A stretch of DNA of 64,000 nt from Pristiophorus japonicus (Eukaryota): the NCBI RefSeq assembly GCF_044704955.1, contig NC_091978.1, positions 356,624,001 to 356,688,000 on the forward strand, in the 5' to 3' direction. Under the pieces are notes generated by a model. It did no database searches and had not been told where the DNA came from. It saw only the letters and a list, made by a program, of their open reading frames with translations. Made by a program: the position numbers and the translations under genes. Positions 53,065 to 64,000 of the stretch are shown here, one piece after another. Positions within the stretch are counted from its first letter, which is position 1. Every line of letters starts with the position of its first letter.

Positions 53065-53757
53065 GGGACAAGACCAGATTTCTGATTGGGTACCCACTTT
53101 GGGTGGGATAAGACCAGATTTGTGAATGGGTCTCTCCCTTGAGAGGGACAAGACCCGATTTCTGATTGGGTCCCCCACCCCCTTGGACGGGACAAGTCCA
53201 GATTTCTGATTTAAATACCGAAAATGCTGCCAGTATTCGACAGGTCAGACAGCATCTGTGGAGAGAGAGAGAAACAGAATTAACTATCTTCAGGTCATGA
53301 CACCAACAGAACTGGTAAAAGTTAGAGATATAACAGATTTTTAAGCAAGCCTAGGGCCAGGGGAGGAAGGGAGAGAACAAAAGGGAAGGTCTGTGATTGG
53401 GTGGAAGGCAGGAGAGATTAGAGAGACAAAAGGGATGATGGTGCAAGGCAAAAGGAGATGGTAATGGGACACATTAAGACCAGATTTCTGATTGGTCCCC
53501 TTTGGAGTTCGGCAAGATCAGATTTCTGATTGGTTCCTTTGGGAGAGGGACAAGACCATATTTCTCATTGGGCCCACTTGGAAGGGACAAGACTGGATTT
53601 CTGATTGGGCCCACTTGCAGACACAAGACCACATTTCTGTTTCATCCCCATTGGATGGATAAGACCAGATTTCTGATTGGGCCCACTTGGGAGAGGGACA
53701 AGACCAGATTTCTCATTGGGCCCACTTGGGAGAGGGACAAGACGAGATTTCTGATTA
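53065..53757 (+). repeat. CCAAT-box minisatellite, left block (about 12 units of GGGACAAGACCAGATTTCTGATTGG..., period about 37-43 bp)
   Basis: Direct repeats are visible. The block is interrupted by a Penelope terminal fragment at about 53212-53472 and cut off by a CR1 at about 53757. Confidence 0.85.
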
Positions 53758-56700
53758 TAATCATAGCATGGTTACAGCATCGAAGACGGCCATTCGGCCC
53801 ATCAAGCCCGTGCTGACTATCACCTAATCCCACTCCCCTGCCTTCATAGCTAGGGGATTTGTGTATAGGAGCAGGGAGGTCTTACTGCAGTTGTACAGGG
53901 CCTTGGTGAGGCCTCACCTGGAATATTGTGTTCAGTTTTGGTTTCATAATCTGAGAAAGGACGTTCTTGCTATTGAGGGAGTGCAGCGAAGGTTTACCAG
54001 ACTAATTCCAAGGATGGCTGGACTGTCATATGAGGAGAGACTGGATCAACTGGGCCTTTATTCACTGGAGTTTAGAAGGATGAGAGGGAATCTCATAGAA
54101 ATGTATAAGATTCTGACGGGACTGGACAGGTTAGATGCAGGAAGAATGTTCCCGATGTTGGAGAAGTCCAGAACCAGGGGACATAGTCTTAGGATAAGGG
54201 GTAGGCCATTTAGGACTGAGATGAGGAGAAACTTCTTCACTCAGAGAGTTGTTAACCTGTGGAATTCCCTGCCACAGACAGTTGTTGATCTCAGTTCATT
54301 GGATATATTCAAGAGGGAGTTAGATATGGCCCTTATGGCTAAGGGGATCAAGGGATATGGCGAGAAAGCAGGAAAGGGATACTGAGGGAATGATCAGCCA
54401 TGATCTTATTGAATGGTGATGCAGGCTTGAAGGGCCGAATGGCCTACTCCTGCACGTATTTTCTATGTTTCTAAGTTTTCCCCATAGCCCAGCAATTTTA
54501 TTTTCCTTCAGATACTCATCCAACTCTCTTTGAAAGATAAGATTGAGTCTGCCTCCACCACCCTTTCAGGCAGTGCATTCCACATCCCAATCACTCGCTG
54601 CGTAAAGTTTTTTTCTTACATCGCCTTTGGTTCTTTTGCCAATCACCTTAAATCTGTGCCCTCTGGTTCTTGACTCTTCTACATTTGAGAACAGTTTCCC
54701 TTTATCTACTCTGTCCAGACCCCTCATGATTTTGAACACCTCTATCAAATCTCCTCTCAATCTTCTCCAGTCTATCAATGTAACTGAACTCCCTCCATTC
54801 CTGGAATCATTCTCGTCAATCTTTTCTGCACCCTCTCGAAGGCCTTCACATCCTTCCTAAAGTGTGGTGCCCAGAATTGTACACAGTACTCCAATTGGGG
54901 CGAACCAATGTTTTATATCAGTTCATTATAGTTTCCACGCTTTTGTACTCTACATCTCTATTCATTAAGCCCAGGATACCGCATGCTATTTTAACCACTT
55001 TCTCAACCTGCCCTGCCACCTTCAACGATTTGTGCATACAAAGCCCCAGGTCTCTCTGTTTGTGTACCCCCCTTTAGGTTTGTACCATTTCATTTATATG
55101 TCCTCTCCCTATTCTTTCTACCAAAATATATCACTTCACGTTTTTCTGCGTTAAATTTCATCTTCCACGTGTCCACCCATTTATATACTTACAAGTTTTG
55201 TGTCATTTTCAAATTTTGAAATTGTGCCCTGTCCACCCACATCCAAGTCATTAATATAGAAACATAGAAAATAGGTGCAGGAGTAGGCCATTCAGCCCTA
55301 CGAGCCTGCACCACCATTCAATATGATCATGGCTGATCATGCAACTTCAGGACCCCATTCCTGCTTTCTCTCCATACCCTTTGATCCCTTTAGCTGTAAG
55401 GGCCACATCTAACTCCCTTTTGAATATATCTAACGAACTGGCCTCAACAACTTTCTGTGGTAGAGAATTCCACAGGTTCACAATTCTCTTGAGTGAAGAA
55501 GTTTCTCCTCATCTCGATCATAAATGGCTTACCTCTTATCCTTAGACTGTGACCCCTGGTTCTGGACTTCCCAACATCGGGAACATTCTTCCTGCATCTA
55601 ACCTGTCCAATCCCATTAGAATTTTATATGTTTCAATGAGATCCCCTCTCATTCTTCTAAATTCCAATGAATATAAGCCTAGTCGATCCAGTTTTTCTTC
55701 ATATGTCAGTCCTGCCATCCTGGGAATCGGTCTGGTGAACCTTCGCTGCACTCCCTCGATAGCAAGAATGTCCTTCCTCAGATTAGGAGACCAAAACTGT
55801 ACACAATATTCCAGGTGAGGCCTCACCAAGGCCCTGTACAACTGCAGTAAGATCTCCCTGCTCCTGTACTTAAATCCTCTCACTATGAAGGCCAACATGC
55901 CATTTGCCTTCTTCACTGACTGCTGTACTTGCATGCCAACTTTCAATGACTGATGTACCATGACACCCAGGTCTCGTTGCACCTCCCCTTTTTTTATCTG
56001 TCACCATTCAGATAATATTATGCCTCCCTGTTTTTGCCACCAAAGTGGATAACCTCACATTTATCTACATTTTACTACATCTGCCATGCATTTGCCCACT
56101 CACCTAACCTGTCCAAGTCACCCTGCAGTCTCTTAACATCCTCCTCACAGCTCACACCGCCACCCAGCTTAGTGTCATCTGCAAACTTGGAAATTTACAT
56201 TCAATTCCTTCATCTAAATCATTAATATATATTGTAAATAGCCCAGCACTGAACTTTGCGGTACCCCACTAGTCACTGCCTGCCATTCTGAAAAGGACCC
56301 GTTTATTCCTACTCTTTGCTTCCTGTCTGCCAACCAGTTCTCTATCCACGTCAATACATTACCCCCAATACCATGTGCTTTCATTTTGCACACTAATCTC
56401 TTGAGCGGGACCTTGTCAAAAGCCTTTTGAAAGTCCAAATACACCACATCCACTAGTTCTCCCTTGTCCACTCTACTAGTTACATCCTCAAAAAATTCTA
56501 GAAGATTTGTCAAGCATGATTTCCCTTTCATAAATCCATGCTGACTTGGACTGATCCTGTCACTGCTTTTCAAATGTGCTGCTATTACGTCTTTAATAAT
56601 TGATTCCAACATTTTCCCCACTACCGATGTCAGGCTAACCAGTCTATAATTCCCTGTTTTCTCTCTCCCTCCTTTTTTAAAAAGTGGGGTTACATTAGCT

Positions 56701-59495
56701 ACCCTCCAATCCATAGGAACTGATCCCAAAGTCTATAGAATGTTGGAAAATGACCACCAATGCATCCACTATTTCTAGGGCCACTTCCTTAAGTACTCTG
56801 GGATGCAGACTATCAGGCCCAAGGGATTTATTGGCCTTCAATCCCATCAATTTCCCAAACACAATTTCCTGACTAATAAGGATTTCCTTCAGTTCCTCCT
56901 TCTTGCTAGACCCTCGGTCCCCTAGTATTTACGGAAGGTTATTTGTGTCTTCCTTAGTGAAGGCAGAACCAAAGTACTTGTTCAATTTCTTTGTTCCCCA
57001 TTATAAATTCACCTGATTCTGACTGCAAGGGACCTACATTTGTCTTCACTAATCGTTTTCTCTTCACATATCTATAGAACATCTTGCAGTCAGTTGTTCC
57101 CTGCAAGCTTACTCTCATACTCTATTTTCCCCCTCCTAACTAAACCCTTTGTCCTCCTGTGCTGAATTCTAAATTTCTCCCAGTCCTCAGGTTTGTTGCT
57201 TTTTCTGGCCAATTTATATGCCTCTTCCTTGGATTTAACACTATCCCTAATTTCCCTTGTTAGCCACGGTTGAGCCACCTTCCCCGTTTTATTTTTACTC
57301 CAGACAGGGATGTACAATTGTTGAAGTTCATCCATGTGATCTTTAAATGCCTACCATTGCCTATCCACCGTCAACCCTTTTAGTATCATTTGCCAGTCTA
57401 TCCTAGCCAAAATCACGTCTCATACCATCGTAGTTACCTTTCTTTAAGAAAAGCAGTGGTCCTAGAATCGATCCCTAGGGAACACCACTGTATACCTTTC
57501 TCCAGTCCGAAAAACAAATGTTCACCACTACTCTCTGTTTCCTATCACTTAGCCAATTTTGTAGCCATGCTGTACTGTCCCTTTTATTCCATGGGCTTCA
57601 ACTTTGCTGGAAAGCCTATTATATGGCACTTTGTCGAATGCCTTTTGGAAATCCACGTATACTACGTCAACCACATTACCCTCATCAACTCTCTTTGTTA
57701 CCTCATCAAAAAACTCGATCAAGTTGGTTAAACATGATTTTCCTTCAACAAATCTGTGCTGGCTTTCCTTAATTTACCCACACCTATTCAAGTGACTGTT
57801 AATTTTGTCCCTGATACTATGTCGAAAAACTTCTCCACTACCGAGGTTAAACTGACTGGCTTATAGCTACTGGGTTTATCTTTACACCCTATTTTGAACA
57901 AGGGTGTAACATTTGCAATTCTCCAGTCCTCTGACACCATCCCCGTATCTATGAAGGATTGGAATATTAATGCCAGTACCTCCACGATTACCACCCTCAA
58001 TTCCCTCAGCATCTGTGGATACATCCCATCCGCGCTTGGTGATTTTTCTAATACCACTTCTTTATCAATTTTTATCCTATCAAGTGTCTCCACTACCTCA
58101 TCCTTCACTATGCCTATGGCAGCATCCTCTTCCTTGGTGAAGACAAATGCAAAGTACTTGTTTAGTACCTCAACCATACCATCTGCCTCCCTGCATAATT
58201 CTAATTTTTGGTCCCTAATCAGCCCCACCCCTCCACTTACTACCGTTTTACTATTTATATGTTTATAGAAGACATTTTGATTACCTTTTATGTTGGCTGC
58301 CATTCTATTCTCATATCCTCTCTTTGCCCTTATTTTATTTTTCACTTCTATTCTGACCTTCTAAACTGCACAAGATAAAAGTTCACGGGCTTGGGGGTAA
58401 TATATTAGCATGGATAGAGGATTGGCTAACTAACAGAAAACAGAGAGTCGGGATAAATGGTTCATTCTCTGGTTGGCAACCGGTAACTAGTGGGGTGCCG
58501 CAGGGATCAGTGCTGGGACCCCAACGATTTACAATCTATATTAACGACTTGGAAGAAGGGACTGAGTGTAACGTAGCCAAGTTTGCTGACGCTACAAAGA
58601 TGGGAGGAAAAGCAATGTGTGAGAACACAAAAAATATGCAAAAGGACATAGACAGTCTAAGTGAGTGGGCAAAAATTTGGCAGATGGAGTATAATGTCGG
58701 AAAGTGTGAGGTCATGCACTTTGGCAGAAAAAATCAAAGAGCAAGTTATTATTTAAATGGAGAAAGATTGCAAAGTGCCGCAGTACAGCGGGACCTGGGG
58801 TACTTGTGCATGAAACATAAAAGGATAGTATGCAGGTACAGCAAGTGATCAGGAAGACCAATGGTATCTTGGCCTTTATTGCAAAGGGGATGGAATATAA
58901 AAGCAGGGAAGTCTTGCCACAGCTATATAAGGTATTGGTGAGGCCACACCTGGAATACTGCGTGCATATTTACGAAAGGCTATATTTACTTTGGAGGCAG
59001 TTCAGAGAAGGTTCACTAGGTTGATTCCAGGGATGAGGGGGTTCACTTATGAGGAAAGGTTGAGTAGGTTGGGATTCTACTCATTGGAATTTAGAAGAAT
59101 GAGAGGTGATCTTATCAAAACGTACAAGATTATGAGGGGGCTTGACAAGGTGGATGCAGAGAGAATGTTTCCACTGATGGGGGAGACTAGAACTAGAGGG
59201 CATGATCTTAGAATAAGGGGCCGCCCATTTAAAACAAAGATGAGGAGAAATTTCTACTCTCAGAGGGTTGTAAATCTGTGGAATTCGCTGCCTCAGAGAA
59301 TTGTGGAAGCTGGGACATTGAATAAATTTAAGACAGAAATAGACAGTTTCTTAAGCGATAAGGGGATAAGGGAGCGGGCGGGGAAGTGGAGCTGAGTCCA
59401 TGATCAGATCAGCCGTGATCTTATTGAATGGCGGAGCAGGCTCGAGGGGCTGTATGGACTACTCCTGTTCCTATTTCTTATGTTCTTATGTTCTT
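53758..59495. mobile_element. Nested CR1 cluster: old minus copy (about 53758-58360) interrupted by CR1s at about 53841-54475 (+) and 55257-57450 (-), followed by a CR1 at 58361-59495 (+)
   Basis: RT and C-terminal ORFs throughout, with four separate 3' tails. Confidence 0.88.
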
Positions 59496-59877
59496 TCTAC
59501 ATATTGCCCGATTCTATATATTTTCTACATTACAAGAGACTACACTCCAAAAGTACTTCATTGGCTGTAAAGCACCATGAGACGTCCGGTGGTCGTGAAA
59601 GGCGCTATATAAATTCAAGCCTTTCAAGTCTTTCTTTCTGATTCTCAGATGTATTTGCAACCTGACATCTGTCATATATGCTCTTCTTCTGCTTCAACAT
59701 ATTCTCTATCTGTTTTCTCATTCAGGGAGCCCTGACTAGTTGTCCTGCCTTTTCCCCTAGTAGGTCAACTTTACTTGAACTATTTCCGCTATAGAGACAG
59801 CCCATTGTTTAATTAGTTTTTCCTGCCAATCTTTGATTCCAGTTTTCCAGGGCCAGATCCATTCTCATCCCATTGAA

Positions 59878-60242
59878 AAGACCAGATTTCTGATTGGATC
59901 CTTTGGGAGGGACAAGACCAGATTTCTTGTTTTTGACCAGATTTCTGATTGGTCCCCCTTGGGGGGGACAAGACCAGATTTCTAATTGGTCCCCCCTTTG
60001 GGCGAGGGACAAGAATAGATTTCTGATTGGGTTTCCCCCCTTGGGCGAGGGAAAAGAGCAGATTTATGATTGGGTCCTCCCCTTGGGCGAGGGACAAGAC
60101 CAGATTTCTGATTGGTCCCGCTTGGGCAGGGATTTCTTGTTTTTAACAAGAGTTCTGATTGGTTCCCCCTTGGAGGGATATTCTGATTTATTATTGGTTC
60201 CCAGCCTTGGGCGAGTGAGCAGAGCAGATTGCTGATTGGGTC
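59878..60242 (+). repeat. CCAAT-box minisatellite, right block (about 9 ATTGG boxes), just upstream of the Pur gene
   Basis: Same unit and orientation as the left block. It ends about 100 bp before ATG 60346. Confidence 0.85.
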
Positions 60243-60345
60243 CTGGTTATCCGCGTGCGTTCGCTGTGAGTTTGCGCGCACGAGGGAGCGCCGGCGGTTG
60301 ACAGTTGGCCGTGCGCAGTGCCCGGGAGACCCGGATCGTCCCTCA

Positions 60346-61536
60346 ATGGCGAACAGAGACGACGAAGACGACGGCAGACCGGCCGACGCCATCCTAACCG
60401 CGCCGCTGGACACCCGTCCGTCTCCTCTACCACCCGAAGAAACGGCTGTAGAAGAGCAAGAGGAGGAGAAAGAACAAGAAGCAGCAGCAGCAGCAGCAGC
60501 GGTACCAGCAGATGATGATGATGAGGAGGAGCAGGAGGAGGAGACGCCGCCATCACCGCCGCAGCGTCCCGACGTGAGGGACGCCGCCAGCCCGCTGCCC
60601 GTTGCCCCCGCTCCCGCCCCGCCGCTGATGCTGGAGACCCAGGAGCTGGCCTCCAAGCGGCTGGACATCCAAAACAAGCGCTTCTACCTGGACGTCAAGC
60701 AGAACGCCAAGGGCCGCTTCCTGAAGATCGCCGAGGTGGGCTCGGGCGGCCACAAGAGCCGCCTCACCGTCTCCATGGGGGTGGCAGCCGAGATGCGCGG
60801 CTACCTGGGCGACTTCATAGAGCACTACGCGCAGTTGGGGCCCAGCGGCGGAGGAGTGAGCCTGGGCAGCGGAGACGCCAGCTCCCGGAGGCGGCCGCCG
60901 CCGCCGCCTCCTCCTCCGCCACCTCCCCAAGCCCCGCCGCCGGCCCAGCGGGAAGACGACCACCAGCAGCAACAGCCGCCGCCGCAGCGGGTGCTGAAGA
61001 GCGAGTACCTGGTGCGGGAGAACCGCAAGTACTACCTGGACCTGAAGGAGAACCAGCGCGGCCGTTTCCTGCGCATCCGTCAGACCATGAGCCGCGGCCC
61101 CGGCTGGGGTTACTCGGGCCAGGGCCAGGGCCAAAGCATCGCCCTGCCCGCCCAGGGCCTAATCGAGTTCCGGGACGCCTTGGCCAGGCTGCTGGAGGAT
61201 TACGGGGGCGACGGGGCGGGAGGGGCGGCGGACGACCCTGCAGCGCCCCTCGTGTCGCCCGAACTGCCCGAGGGCACCTCGGTGCCGGTCGACAACAAGC
61301 GCTTCTTCTTCGACGTCGGCTCCAACCGCTACGGGGTCTTCCTGCGGGTGAGCGAGGTGAAGCCGTCCTACCGCCACTCCATCACCGTCCCATACAAGGC
61401 CTGGGCCCGCTTCGGCGACAACTTCCTCAAGTACGCCGAGGAGATGAGGGCGATCCAGGAGAGACGCCGGGACAGGAGGGCCGAGCTGACCAGAGACACC
61501 ACCGCAGAAAGTGAAGAGGAGGAGGAGGAAGATTGA
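60346..61536 (+). CDS. PURG: Pur-family ssDNA/RNA-binding protein (three PUR repeats), 396 aa, intronless; PURG by synteny
   Basis: First in-frame ATG in ORF 60229..61536 is at 60346. PUR repeats: [54 protein letters not shown]. Head-to-head with WRN. The family call is firm; the paralogue name rests on synteny. Confidence 0.85.
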   Translation: MANRDDEDDGRPADAILTAPLDTRPSPLPPEETAVEEQEEEKEQEAAAAAAAVPADDDDEEEQEEETPPSPPQRPDVRDAASPLPVAPAPAPPLMLETQELASKRLDIQNKRFYLDVKQNAKGRFLKIAEVGSGGHKSRLTVSMGVAAEMRGYLGDFIEHYAQLGPSGGGVSLGSGDASSRRRPPPPPPPPPPPQAPPPAQREDDHQQQQPPPQRVLKSEYLVRENRKYYLDLKENQRGRFLRIRQTMSRGPGWGYSGQGQGQSIALPAQGLIEFRDALARLLEDYGGDGAGGAADDPAAPLVSPELPEGTSVPVDNKRFFFDVGSNRYGVFLRVSEVKPSYRHSITVPYKAWARFGDNFLKYAEEMRAIQERRRDRRAELTRDTTAESEEEEEED

Positions 61537-61683
61537 CATCCAATGTCTGTCCCTTTGATATCATTTTCCCTTTGATATTACACTCTCTTACCCGCCACCC
61601 CCCAAATTACCATCCCCTGCCCCTCATCATCTCATCTCCCTCATCAGCATCCCACCCACTCTTCAGCTTTTCTCTCCCCGCTG

Positions 61684-62861
61684 CGAGCATCTCCTCTTTC
61701 CTCCTCCCCCCCCTTAGCATCTCCTCCTCCCCCCCCCCTTAGCATCTCCTCCTCCCCCCCCCCTTAGCATCTCCTCCTCCCCCCTCCCCCCCTTAGCATC
61801 TCCTCCTCCCCCTTAGCATCTCCTCCTCCCCCCTCCCCCCTCCCCCCTCCCCCCTCCCCCCTCCCCCCTCCCCCCCCTTAGCATCTCCTCCTCCCCCCCC
61901 CCCCTTGAGCATCTCCTCCTCCCCCCCCCCCTTGAGCATCTCCTCCTCCTCCCCGCCCCCCGAGCATCTCCTCCCCCTCGAGCATCTCCTCCCCCTCGAG
62001 CATCTCCTCCCCCTCCCTTGAGCATCTCCTCCTCCTCCTCCCTCCCTTGAACATCTCCTCCCCCTCCTCCCCCTTGAGCATCTCCTCCTCCTCCCCCTTG
62101 AGCATCTCCTCCTCCCCCCCCCTTGAGCATCTCCTCCTCCCCCCCCCTTGAGCATCTCCTCCTTCCCCCCCCCCCTTGAGCATCTCCTCTCCCCACCACC
62201 CCTTGAGCATCTCCTCCTCCCCCCCCCCCCCCTTGAGCATCTCCTCCTCCCCCCCCCCCCTTGAGCATCTCCTCCTCCCCCCCCCCCCCCTTGAGCATCT
62301 CCTCCTCCCCCCCCCCTTGAGCATCTCCTCCTCCCCCCCCTTGAGCATCTCCTCCTCCTCCCCCCCCCCTTGAGCATCTCCTCCTCCTCCTCCCCCCCCT
62401 TGAGCATCTCCTCCTCCCCCCCCTGAGCATCTCCTCCTCCTCCTCCTCTCCCCCCCCCCTTGAGCATCTCCTCCTCTCCCCCCCCCCCCCCTTGAGCATC
62501 TCCTCCTCCTCCCCCCCCCCCCCCCCCTTGAGCATCTCCTCCTCTCCCCCCCCCCCCCCTTGAGCATCTCCTCCTCCTCCCCCCCCCTTGAGCATCTCCT
62601 CCTCCCCCCCCCCTTGAGCATCTCCTCCCCCCCCCCCTTGAGCATCTCCTCCTCCCCCCCCCCCCCCGAGCATCTCCTCCTCCCCCCCCCCCCCTGAGCA
62701 TCTCCTCCTCCCCCCCCCCCCCCCCCTTGAGCATCTCCTCCTCCCGCCCCCCCCCCCCCCCCCCCCCCGAGCATCTCCTCCTCCTCCTCTCCCGCTTCTC
62801 TTCCCCCCCCCCCCCCCCCCCCCGAGCATCTCCTCCCCCTCCGCCCCTGAGCATCTCCCCC
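61684..62861 (+). repeat. C-rich minisatellite (TTGAGCATCTCCTCCTC-C(n)), about 40 units
   Basis: Repeated GAGCATCTCCTCC cores with variable C runs, counted by eye. Confidence 0.95.
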
Positions 62862-63322
62862 TGTTAGTGAAAATGAATTCACAGACTCTAAAGTAAGAGA
62901 GACAACTTTATTGCTAACAGAGCTCTGGGAGAAGAGTTGAAATCCCGCGATCTGCGAGCACCTTCCCCCCTTGTGCCGCGGAGTTATAAGCAATTTACAG
63001 GGGGAAGAATACAATCATTTAAATTCATTTACATACAACCAATCAATCCATATGGCAAAGCAATTCATTTACATACAACTTTTTAGTCCCAGTGAAACCT
63101 GATAGCATGGTGTGAGTTTGGGGGCCCTTCTTCTGTATCTTCTTTTGTGGTTAGTTATTCTGTTGCAAAGCTTTCTATGAAACAGTGGCCTGCACCTGGC
63201 CAGGAGTCACTTGTTGCTGCAGAGTTCATATCAGGGACAGCAGATAGGCTTCTTGGTACAAAGTTCATTTAGTGGTGGCTTACCCCATCCTGTTTTGCTA
63301 TGTCTGAAAATCCACTCCAACA
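62862..63322 (-). mobile_element. ERV 3' LTR (461 bp)
   Basis: Minus-strand termini TGTT...AACA. Polypurine tract AGGGGGAAC immediately 5' (63323-63331). TATAA near 62986 and AATAAA near 62909 on the minus strand. Confidence 0.8.
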
Positions 63323-63442
63323 GTTCCCCCTGTTGGTCCTGGAGGATGTTCACGAAATCCAGATGACCACAATGAAGGTGGTTCAGTGCCTACCTTCGAG
63401 GCAAGTTACTTCCCTGCCTTGCCTGTAGCTCTAGCCTACCCT

Positions 63443-64000
63443 TCATAGGTAGTGGTCTGTGCCTGCGTCATCCGCTCCGTCTTTCTCGGCGTCTCCGGGT
63501 GTTCCCATCAGATGTTCTTTTCCGGTGATCACGCTGGCAACCGGCACTATTCGGGCCATCATGACTTTACAGCAGATATTAAAACATCCGATAATCAAGC
63601 AACAAGTAATTATTATTACAACATGAATAACTACTCCATGCGTTAAATAGGACCCCCAGGATCCCCCTAATAGCCAGTCAAGCCAGCTATTCCCTCTTTT
63701 TGGGCCTTGTCTGAACTCGTCAAGCTGCTTTCTTATGGCACCAAGGGCTTGGGTGATATTGTATGATTCATCCGTAACATGCGTTATACATTTGTCTCCT
63801 ATTGTGCATACTCCCCCCTGTTGGGCTAACTGATAATCTACGGGTCTGCGGCGCATACAATCTTAATTCAGACAGCTCCCGGTTGATGGCATCCAATCCT
63901 TTAGATCTGCTGTTTCCCAGAATGGTTAATCCACAAATAAGATGGTTCCTATTTTTGGCACCAATTACCCCCGCTGATCCCCAAACAGACAGGGCCCCCG
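63443..64000 (-). pseudogene. env: Endogenous retrovirus env TM subunit, frameshifted (gamma-type Env)
   Basis: Heptad LDAINRELSELRLYA, then a frameshift to the ISD-like DYQLAQQGGVC, a Cys loop, WLDWLL and a hydrophobic membrane anchor. Continues off the right edge. Confidence 0.85.

Noticed and set aside
53065-53757. Regularly spaced repeats resembling a CRISPR array
   Set aside because: Eukaryotic context, inter-repeat sequences are homologous to each other, and there are no cas genes.
57451-59495. Apparent 5'-inverted CR1
   Set aside because: The minus and plus parts overlap in ORF2 coordinates and differ in sequence. The minus part continues the older element at about 54476-55255, so these are independent insertions.
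60229-60345. N-terminal extension of the listed 435-aa ORF
   Set aside because: It starts at a non-ATG codon inside the promoter repeat; the first ATG is at 60346.
59982-61539. Antisense ORFs overlapping the Pur gene
   Set aside because: Shadow ORFs of a GC-rich CDS with no recognisable protein.
61793-63014. Three long Gly-rich minus-strand ORFs (338-378 aa)
   Set aside because: They are read-throughs of the stop-free G-rich minisatellite, open in all three frames, with no domain.

Overview
Vertebrate genomic DNA, almost certainly from a shark or other elasmobranch, judged by its repeats (CR1/HER1-like LINEs, Deu-domain SINEs, RTE, L2 and Penelope-like elements). Two host genes lie head-to-head, as in mammals. 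WRN is on the minus strand: 11 coding exons (40776 down to 1043) splice in frame at GT-AG sites and cover the Ku-binding motif, an intact 3'-5' exonuclease, the acidic region and the start of the RecQ helicase, and the gene runs off the left edge. An intronless Pur-family gene at the PURG position is on the plus strand (60346-61536). Most of the rest is nested transposon debris, and an antisense ERV (env plus 3' LTR) occupies the right edge. Highlights: (1) a TSD-flanked U2-U1-U2 snRNA chimeric retroposon inside a CR1 in a WRN intron; (2) a WRN/PURG promoter built from a CCAAT-box minisatellite, split by about 6 kb of LINEs; (3) a minimal hammerhead ribozyme motif in a Penelope fragment; (4) a PURG-position protein with PURA/PURB-like characters, followed by a minisatellite of PUR-element-like (GGA)n/G-run sequence. 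Comparisons with human sequences are from memory; no database searches were run.
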